Below, piece after piece: positions 42,039-49,119 of a stretch of DNA of 64,000 bases. The stretch is taken from assembly GCA_965242925.1 (NCBI GenBank), contig CBDEUM010000013.1, forward strand, positions 1 through 64,000, read 5' to 3'. The translations under genes and the position numbers were made by a program. Numbering within the stretch: position 1 is the first letter of the stretch; every line of letters starts with the position of its first letter. Origin of the DNA: Roseibacillus sp. Lineage in GTDB: Bacteria > Verrucomicrobiota > Verrucomicrobiia > Verrucomicrobiales > Akkermansiaceae. The notes beneath the pieces are model-generated. The model had not been told where the DNA came from, made no database searches, and worked only from the letters and a program-made list of their open reading frames with translations.

Positions 42039-42659
42039 ATGAAAACGCTTCTGTGCCTCCTTTCTCTTCTGATCCCGACGCTCACCCTGGCCGAAAAGAA
42101 GGAAACTCCGGCGACACCCACCGGGGAGGCCGCCACCATCAAGAAGAAGAACTGCCCCCTCTGCAAACTCCCCGGCCGGGCCGCCCTCTTTGCGGGAGCG
42201 GTCAGACCCTGCCCGGCTGATTGCCCCAAACTCTGCTGCAAGGGCACGAAACTCGTGCTCCTGCTTGAGGGCCTTGCGGACCAGGATGGAACCGGGCAAG
42301 TGACTGCAGCCCTCAGCGGACTGAAGGACGTAAGAGTAAAGGGCGTTCGTACGGAATCGGGGCGCACGATTCTCAACTACAACGCGACGCAACTGACCGC
42401 CGCGCAGGTACGCGGCACCCTGGAGCGAGCGGGCTTCAAGATAGCTGGCGAACTCTGCACCTTCAAGATCGCCGGCCTCGGGAAAGCCGGGGCTGCTGAC
42501 GTTCTCGTTGAAGCCCTCGCCTCGACCGCCGGTGTCAGCGCGATAGATACCGTCTGCCAGGACACTGGCCAGGCGATCATTGAGTATGATCCTGCCGAGA
42601 CAACTCCCCAGCGCCTCGCCGCCGCCATCAATGCCACTCCCTGCAAGGTGATTCCCTGA
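42039..42659 (+). CDS. Exported protein with two HMA-fold domains lacking CxxC motifs
   Basis: Signal peptide; Cys cluster CPLC...CPADCPKLCC; two HMA-like repeats (LEGLADQDG...YNATQL...AGF; IAGLGKAGA...YDPAET). Confidence 0.7.
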   Translation: MKTLLCLLSLLIPTLTLAEKKETPATPTGEAATIKKKNCPLCKLPGRAALFAGAVRPCPADCPKLCCKGTKLVLLLEGLADQDGTGQVTAALSGLKDVRVKGVRTESGRTILNYNATQLTAAQVRGTLERAGFKIAGELCTFKIAGLGKAGAADVLVEALASTAGVSAIDTVCQDTGQAIIEYDPAETTPQRLAAAINATPCKVIP

Positions 42660-42813
42660 TCACCGTCTGTTCCAACGCCCCGCCCCTCCCGAAGACCTGC
42701 TGGGCACACATATAACGGTTGGATGACCTGCAGGACACGGGCACGTTTTTTCTAGCCACCGGCAGCCCTTCCCTGTTCGATGCAGGGGACCAGAAAACTC
42801 AACAAACACACGC

Positions 42814-43944
42814 ATGTCTCAGGTAAATATCGCTATTGTCGGTCTTGGCTTCGGCGCAGAGTTTATTCCCATCTATCAGCGCCATCCGCAGGCGAACATG
42901 TCCGCCATCTGCCAGCGCACGGAGGAAAGTCTCAACGAGATCGGCGACAAATACGGGGTGGAGAAACGATATCAGGACTACGATGACGTCCTCCGCGATC
43001 CGGACATCACCGCGGTGCACATCAATACGCCCATCCCCAATCACGGGGAGCAGTCCATCGCCGCCCTGGAGGCCGGCAAGCACGTGGCCTGTACGGTGCC
43101 CATGGCCACCAGCCTGAAGGAGTGCGAGGAGATCGTTCGCCTCTCCAGGGCCAACGGCCTGAAGTACATGATGATGGAAACCGTGGTCTATGCCCGCGAG
43201 TTTCTCTACATGAAAGAACTCTACGACAGTGGGGAGCTGGGCAAGGTGCAATATCTCAAGGCCTCCCACCAGCAGGACATGGACGGCTGGCCCGGCTACT
43301 GGCCCGGTCTGCCCCCCATGCACTATGCCACTCACTGCGTCGGTCCCGTCCTCGGTCTCACCCGGGGAGAAGCAGAGTATGTCTCCTGCTTTCCGTCCGG
43401 GACCATCCGCGAGGAAATGCACGAGTGCTATAACTCGCCCTTCGCGGTGGAAAGCTGCCACATCAAGTTCCACAACAGCGACCTCACCGGCTTCGTCTAT
43501 CGCTCCCTCTTCGACGTGGCCCGGCAATACCGGGAGTCATTTGAAGTCTATGGCGAAAAGAAATCGGTGGAATGGCCCCTCATCGAGGGCAAGCCGCTGG
43601 TGGTGCACACCGCCAAGAAACCCGAGCCCGAGATCCCCGAGGAAGTCGAGTGTCCCGACTTCGCCCATCTTCTTCCGGACGAAGTGGCTCCCTTCACCAC
43701 CGGTGGCGTCTATGGCGGCGATACCGGGGAGGATCATCTCTCCTTCACCCAGGGAGCCGGTCACGGCGGATCCCACCCGCACCTTACCCACCAGTTCATC
43801 AATATGCTCATCACCGGTGAAGATGCCTATCCCAATGCGGTGGAGTCCGCCAACATCACCTGCACCGGCATCCTGGCACACGAGTCTGCCCTGAAGGGCG
43901 GCGAGATCATGAAACTCCCGAGCTGGAGCCTGCGCCAGGAATAG
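42814..43944 (+). CDS. Gfo/Idh/MocA-family oxidoreductase
   Basis: IAIVGLGFG, VHINTP, AGKHVACTVPM, HYATH. Confidence 0.9.
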   Translation: MSQVNIAIVGLGFGAEFIPIYQRHPQANMSAICQRTEESLNEIGDKYGVEKRYQDYDDVLRDPDITAVHINTPIPNHGEQSIAALEAGKHVACTVPMATSLKECEEIVRLSRANGLKYMMMETVVYAREFLYMKELYDSGELGKVQYLKASHQQDMDGWPGYWPGLPPMHYATHCVGPVLGLTRGEAEYVSCFPSGTIREEMHECYNSPFAVESCHIKFHNSDLTGFVYRSLFDVARQYRESFEVYGEKKSVEWPLIEGKPLVVHTAKKPEPEIPEEVECPDFAHLLPDEVAPFTTGGVYGGDTGEDHLSFTQGAGHGGSHPHLTHQFINMLITGEDAYPNAVESANITCTGILAHESALKGGEIMKLPSWSLRQE

Positions 43945-44168
43945 GCCCTGAGACCAGCAGCCGTTACCGCCAGCACGCTCACCATCGGTAGCATCGTCCT
44001 TTCAACGATTCCTTCGAACTCGGCATACCAGTATTCCGTGCCCCCCGGGAATTCACTGCTGGAATTCACCCTGTATCCCCCAAGCCCTCCGACAAATTGA
44101 GCTCCCTGCGACATTCCCTCTGGAAATACTAGTTGTTCTGCGCAAATTCCGACCTTTCTTTCAGGATC

Positions 44169-44930
44169 ATGTCCAACCCCTCCAAACTCCTCCGCAACCC
44201 TCTCGTCCTGATCGCCTCTGGCATCGTCCTCCTGGGCCTGGTGGTATCCATCGCAATTACCAGGTCAATGGGCCCGGACGAAAAAGAACGCGTGGAGTCC
44301 GGAGAAAAAAGGGTAATCCAGCCTTCGAAATCCTCCGTGCCTCCCTCCAGATCCTCCGAGGGCAGCTCTCGCGGCGGCCCGCGCAAATCGCAGGGCAAGG
44401 AGATCCAGGGGGATGGACACATCGTGGCCGTGCCCGAGAAGTCCAGGCGGCAGGAGTTCATGACTGCGATCTCGGTCCGGGCCCGCAACGAATTGAAGGG
44501 ACTGCGCGAGCAATACAAGACCGAGTTCGACTCCGCTGAGTCACGAAAAGAATTCAGTGATACGTTACGGAACGTCACCGACCCTGAGGAGCGTCAACGC
44601 CTGCTCCTGGAACGTACCACCGCATTACGCGTGGCTCGCAACAAGATGGATGCTCAAAAGGGATTTCCCGGGCGTGCCCGGGAGAAACGCCTCATCGACC
44701 TCATGCAGGTCCAGAATCTCTGGCGCATGAACACCTTTGTCGCCCGAAACGCCTCCCTGACCGGGGAAGCCGGAAAATTCGACGACCGCCTTGCTGAGTG
44801 GGCGGTAAACTCGGAAGACATGAGCGACGAGGAATTTCACACGACCTTCAACGAGCTGCGCCATGACCTGAACGTCCTCCGGGGCCGCAACCAGAGCGGC
44901 GCCCGCCCCCAGCCTTCGATACCAAAATAG
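44169..44930 (+). CDS. Hypothetical membrane-anchored helical protein
   Basis: Single N-terminal TM (PLVLIASGIVLLGLVVSIAI), Ser/Pro linker, charged helical body. Confidence 0.7.
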   Translation: MSNPSKLLRNPLVLIASGIVLLGLVVSIAITRSMGPDEKERVESGEKRVIQPSKSSVPPSRSSEGSSRGGPRKSQGKEIQGDGHIVAVPEKSRRQEFMTAISVRARNELKGLREQYKTEFDSAESRKEFSDTLRNVTDPEERQRLLLERTTALRVARNKMDAQKGFPGRAREKRLIDLMQVQNLWRMNTFVARNASLTGEAGKFDDRLAEWAVNSEDMSDEEFHTTFNELRHDLNVLRGRNQSGARPQPSIPK

Positions 44931-44933
44931 GCC

Positions 44934-45146
44934 TTAAAACAACAACGCAGCTTCCCCCGGCTTGGGAAACCCGCCGGTCCGGGCCTTGGTATAAAGCAGC
45001 TCTCCGTCCCGGCGCACCTCAAAGATGCCCCCGCCACCCGCCACGAGAGACACCTCTTCCCCGGTCTTCTCCCTGATCTCAGCCGAGACACGCTCGGCTT
45101 CTGGAAGATAGTTTCACTGTGCGCAGTATTCGATCTCGATCGCCAT
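44934..45146 (-). CDS. Selenoprotein, Rdx (SelT/SelW/SelH) family, Sec at codon 11
   Basis: MAIEIEYCAQ-U(TGA 45114-45116)-NYLPEAERVSAEIREKTGEEVSLVAGGGGIFEVRRDGELLYTKARTGGFPKPGEAALLF*. Shows IEYCxxU, GGIFEV and K..GGFP Rdx motifs, with a SECIS-type hairpin downstream of the UGA. Confidence 0.9.
45076..45109 (-). promoter_or_regulatory. Bacterial SECIS element
   Basis: mRNA: AUCUU-ccaga-AGCCGAG-CGUGU-CUCGGCU-GAGAU. Perfect 7-bp upper stem; apical loop starts 21 nt after the UGA and has GU at loop positions 2-3. Confidence 0.8.
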
Positions 45147-45204
45147 GCCCAAGTCTGAACCAGCAGGAGGAATGGATCAATCCCAGGATCTTTTGATCTA
45201 CGCG

Positions 45205-45287
45205 TCCTTGATTTCTTGCATTCAGGGACGGCAATGGATGAGCTTGGCTAGACCGTAGTCGTCACCCCATGCCCCCACGCCCTCCTG
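45205..45287 (+). repeat. Diverged direct repeat copy 1 (upstream region + start codon module)
   Basis: TCCTTGATTTCTTGCATTCAG (21 bp identical) ... GACCGTAGTCGTCACCCCATGCC; matches 46705-46788. Confidence 0.85.
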
Positions 45288-45311
45288 ACAAACCTTCCTG
45301 AATCCACCCCG

Positions 45312-46580
45312 ATGCAAGACCCGCCACTTTCCCGCGACCTTTCACGACAGCACCTGGAAGTAACCCGGCGTTATTTCATGCATCTGGGAACAGCCGGCTT
45401 CGCGGCCATGGGCTGTCCCTCCCTGCTGCGGGCTCAGGATGCGGACAGGAACATCCATGAAGAAACAATTGCGGCCCTAGAGTATCTGACCCATCAGAAG
45501 GAATTCGAGCTCGTTGAGCGAGGCAATCCTCTGCCATATAAATTGCCCCTGGAAAAACGTCTGGCAATCGGCATGGAGAGGGAAAGCTGGAAACTAGACG
45601 TGATCGCCGACAGCGCAACAAACGCCCAGGTGGACAATCCGCTTTCAAGGGAAAAAGGCACCGCGCTCGATTTCAAGGGTCTCTTGAAACTCGCCGGCAA
45701 ACGCCCAACTCGCTTCCTCAAGGTGATGACCTGCAACAACATGGGAACTCCCCTTGGAATGGGCCTGTGGGAAGGAGTGCCCCTGCGCGAGGCGATCTGG
45801 GCGGCCAAACCCTCCGCCAACATCCGCCGGGTCTTCTATTACGGACATCACAATGAGGATCCGAAGCAGATGTTCCGCAGTTCCCTTCCCATCGGTCGAG
45901 TGCTGGAAGATCCACCCGGAGACCACCCGGTCATCCTCTGCTACAAACTGAACGGCGAATGGCTGAGCGGTGAAAGCGGTGGGCCGGTAAGAATAATCGT
46001 ACCTGAAGCCTACGGGTTCAAGTCAGTCAAGTGGCTGAAGACCGTGGTTCTCACAAACGCACCCGCTGCCAATGACACCTACGCCGGTGGCAACAACGAC
46101 ATCGACAGCTGGATGAAAACCATGTGCCGGTTCATCCACATCCCGGCACAGGCAAAGGCCGGCTCCCCGATCCCGCTGACCGGACTGGCGCAAGTCGGCG
46201 TCGGCGGACTGGGAAAAGTGCAGGTCTGGATCAAACCCCGGCAGGATGGCGAATGGCCCAAGGATGATCCCTACTTCACCAAGGCCCCGTGGCAGGATGC
46301 CGCGATTCTGCCACCACCCGAAAAGTGGGGCGGCGGGCTACCCGGGGGCAAATTGCCACCGGATGTGCGCTTTTTCACCCCGGAAGGCAAACCGGCCCAG
46401 TGGCCGATGCGCTACACCATCGCCCACTGGGCGACCCTTCTAAAGGGCATGGCTCCTGGGAAATACGACATCTACTGCCGCACGATCGACCAGCAAGGTC
46501 ATGCCCAGCCGATGCCGCGCCCGTTCCGCAAATCCGGACGCAACAAGATTGAGGGATCACCCATCACCATCGAGGGCTGA
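45312..46580 (+). CDS. Tat-exported molybdopterin-dependent oxidoreductase, sulfite-oxidase family
   Basis: TRRYFM twin-Arg signal; MTCNN (candidate Mo-ligating Cys), WEGVPL, YKLNGEWL, GGPVRIIVPEAYGFKSVKWL; C-terminal dimerisation-like domain (CRTID..G..QP). Confidence 0.88.
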   Translation: MQDPPLSRDLSRQHLEVTRRYFMHLGTAGFAAMGCPSLLRAQDADRNIHEETIAALEYLTHQKEFELVERGNPLPYKLPLEKRLAIGMERESWKLDVIADSATNAQVDNPLSREKGTALDFKGLLKLAGKRPTRFLKVMTCNNMGTPLGMGLWEGVPLREAIWAAKPSANIRRVFYYGHHNEDPKQMFRSSLPIGRVLEDPPGDHPVILCYKLNGEWLSGESGGPVRIIVPEAYGFKSVKWLKTVVLTNAPAANDTYAGGNNDIDSWMKTMCRFIHIPAQAKAGSPIPLTGLAQVGVGGLGKVQVWIKPRQDGEWPKDDPYFTKAPWQDAAILPPPEKWGGGLPGGKLPPDVRFFTPEGKPAQWPMRYTIAHWATLLKGMAPGKYDIYCRTIDQQGHAQPMPRPFRKSGRNKIEGSPITIEG

Positions 46581-46704
46581 GGCAGCCAGCATGCCTCAGA
46601 GACAGTTGATTATCACCGGAATCTGACCGGGGATCCGTTTCATCATGTCCGCAGGGGCGTGCCATTTCCGACTGGCGGGAACGACAGGCTCATCGACCTT
46701 ATCC

Positions 46705-46788
46705 TCCTTGATTTCTTGCATTCAGAAACGGTGAATGAATGATCCTGACCCGACCGTAATTGTCACGCCATGCCTGCCCGCCTCCCTG
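46705..46788 (+). repeat. Diverged direct repeat copy 2
   Basis: TCCTTGATTTCTTGCATTCAG ... GACCGTAATTGTCACGCCATGCC; the ATG is the sulfatase start. Confidence 0.85.
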
Positions 46789-48161
46789 TCCTTTTCCTTG
46801 CCACCCTGATTACCGCATTCCTTGCAACCCTCTCGGCGGCAAAGCAGCAACCCAATATCATCTACATCCTCCTTGATGACGCTGGCTATGGAGACCTCTC
46901 CTGCTACGGACAAAAAAAGTTTCAGACACCCAATATCGATCGCCTCGCCAGGGAGGGGATGAAATTCACCAACCACTACTCCGGTTCGACGGTCTGCGCC
47001 CCCACCCGCAGCGTGATCATGTCCGGTCTCCACACCGGACACACCCCGAGTCGCGGGAACAGGGAGATCCAGCCGGTGGGACAGTTCCCCATTCCCGCCG
47101 CAACCTTTACCATCGCGGAAGCTCTCAAGAAGGCCGGTTACGCCACCGGGGCCTTCGGAAAGTGGGGCCTGGGTAATCCGGGCTCGGAAGGAGATCCCGT
47201 CAATCAGGGCTTCGACCGCTTCTTCGGCTATAATTGCCAGCGCAATGCCCATACCTACTACCCAACCTGGCTCTTCGACAATCTCCAGAAGATCAAACTC
47301 AACGGCGAAACCTACGCTCACGATCTCATCATGGACCGGGCCGTGGAGTGGATCGACAATCACCACAAGGCTCCATTCTTCTGCTTCCTTCCGGTTACGA
47401 TCCCGCACGCCGCCATGCACGTGCCGGAAAAGTATGCCGCCCCCTTCCGCAGGAAGTTTCCGGAATTCGAGAACAAGGTGGGACGCTACGGGAACAACAG
47501 GCCTTTCGCCAGGAACCCCGCCGCTCAATTCGCTGGAATGATGACTGCCCTGGACCATGGGATCGGCCGCGTGCTCAAGTCTCTCGAGAAATACGGCATC
47601 GAAGAGAATACCATCGTCCTCCTCAGCTCAGACAATGGCCCTCACAGGGAGGGCGGCCACATGCCCGACTACTTCAATTCCAACGGAGGCCTGAGGGGTC
47701 ACAAACGCGACCTCTACGAGGGAGGCATCCGCTGTCCCCTTCTCGTCCGCTGGCCCGGCAAGGTGAAGGCAGGATCGACCAGTGACCATATTTCCGCCCA
47801 TTGGGATCTCTTCCCTACCTTCTGCGAGCTGGCGGGCACGGAAACGCCCCGGAATCTTGACGGAATCAGCTTCCTGCCCACCCTCCTCGGCAAGAAACAA
47901 GAACAACACGAATACCTCTACTGGGAATTCTTTGAAGGCGGCGGAAAGCGAGCGGTCCGCATCGGCAAGTGGAAGGCCGTACAGAACCAGCTCACCCGGA
48001 AGGGACAAAATGCATCCGTCGAGATCTACGACCTGACAACGGATCGCGCCGAGAAGAACAACCTCGCGACCCGGAAACCCGAACTCATCGCTCGCGCCCG
48101 GGACATCTTCAAGCAAGCCCACACACCTTCGAAGATCTGGAAGTTCAAGTGGGAACAATAG
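46770..48161 (+). CDS. Arylsulfatase-family sulfatase (Cys-type)
   Basis: PNIIYILLDDAG, CAPTRS, GKWGLG, SDNG, YEGGIRCP. Confidence 0.93.
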   Translation: MPARLPVLFLATLITAFLATLSAAKQQPNIIYILLDDAGYGDLSCYGQKKFQTPNIDRLAREGMKFTNHYSGSTVCAPTRSVIMSGLHTGHTPSRGNREIQPVGQFPIPAATFTIAEALKKAGYATGAFGKWGLGNPGSEGDPVNQGFDRFFGYNCQRNAHTYYPTWLFDNLQKIKLNGETYAHDLIMDRAVEWIDNHHKAPFFCFLPVTIPHAAMHVPEKYAAPFRRKFPEFENKVGRYGNNRPFARNPAAQFAGMMTALDHGIGRVLKSLEKYGIEENTIVLLSSDNGPHREGGHMPDYFNSNGGLRGHKRDLYEGGIRCPLLVRWPGKVKAGSTSDHISAHWDLFPTFCELAGTETPRNLDGISFLPTLLGKKQEQHEYLYWEFFEGGGKRAVRIGKWKAVQNQLTRKGQNASVEIYDLTTDRAEKNNLATRKPELIARARDIFKQAHTPSKIWKFKWEQ

Positions 48162-48178
48162 CCATTCGTCACCTTGCC

Positions 48179-49018
48179 ATGAAGATCCTGACTCCTCTTT
48201 TCCTGCTCCTCGTTCTCTCCGCACCCCTACCGGTCCAAGCGGTGGGAGCGAATGCGCGGTTCGTCTCTGAAGTGGAATCCATCCAGCCCGGAGTTCCCTT
48301 TACGGTCGCCCTCCTCATCCTTCCGGACAAACATTACCATACCTACTGGAAGTACCCAGGCATCGTAGGGCTGCCCACCTCCATCAAATGGCAGCTGCCC
48401 AAGGGATTCCGCGCCGGTGAAATCGCCTGGCCCGCTCCCGAGGTAGTCGACATGGCGGGCCACCCCGCCCACGGATTCCACCGCGACCTTCTTCTGCTGA
48501 CGGTCATCACTCCGCCGAAAAAACTCCCGGTGAACTCTGTCACTCTCACCGGTGAACTGGCCTGGATGGCCTGTCACAAGGAATGCCACCCGGGCTTCGT
48601 CACCCGCAGGCTCACACTCCCCGTCAACCGTGACAGGGAGATCAGGCCTCATCCGGAATGGGCCGCTGCCATCGCCACGGAACGCGAGGCCCTTCCCCGG
48701 GAAACTGATCTGTGGAAAGTTTCCATTGAGTCGAGACCGGACGTCACTCCCGTCCTGATCCGTGTCCGCCCCAGAGCAGGCGCAGCGGCAGATCCCGGTG
48801 AGATCTACTTCTTCAGCGAAGACGGCCAGATCACCTCCGAACCTGCCCAGAAGGTCAAGCGCCAGCCGGATGGCAGCTACCTCATCAGCGGAACCCGCTC
48901 CGAATTCAGCCCGAAGAAAAAGACAACCCTCCCCGGCACCCTGGTGGCTTCAGGGGGATGGGCCAGGGGAAAACCGCTGTCGGCCTTCCGTGCCGAGCCA
49001 GCCTACCCCGGAAAATAA
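48179..49018 (+). CDS. Periplasmic DsbD N-terminal-like (disulfide corrector) domain protein
   Basis: Signal peptide; HTYWKYPG, W.LPKGF..GEIAWPAP, WMACHKEC. Confidence 0.8.
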   Translation: MKILTPLFLLLVLSAPLPVQAVGANARFVSEVESIQPGVPFTVALLILPDKHYHTYWKYPGIVGLPTSIKWQLPKGFRAGEIAWPAPEVVDMAGHPAHGFHRDLLLLTVITPPKKLPVNSVTLTGELAWMACHKECHPGFVTRRLTLPVNRDREIRPHPEWAAAIATEREALPRETDLWKVSIESRPDVTPVLIRVRPRAGAAADPGEIYFFSEDGQITSEPAQKVKRQPDGSYLISGTRSEFSPKKKTTLPGTLVASGGWARGKPLSAFRAEPAYPGK

Positions 49019-49119
49019 ACCCCGGCGGAACGCTGCCCGGGATTCACTGCGATCCACCGAATCCGGATCACGCGGGTGCGTCAGGAACACGTTCGGCAAC
49101 GACATGCTCCCCGGCGGCG

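Noticed and set aside
43827..44114. 95-aa minus-strand ORF in the gap after the Gfo/Idh/MocA gene
   Set aside because: Overlaps the upstream gene's 3' end and has no recognisable motif or Sec/SECIS signature in the frames examined.
46581..46735. Short ORFs with internal or terminal TGA checked as further selenoproteins
   Set aside because: No redox motif context or family resemblance across the TGA, and no convincing SECIS.
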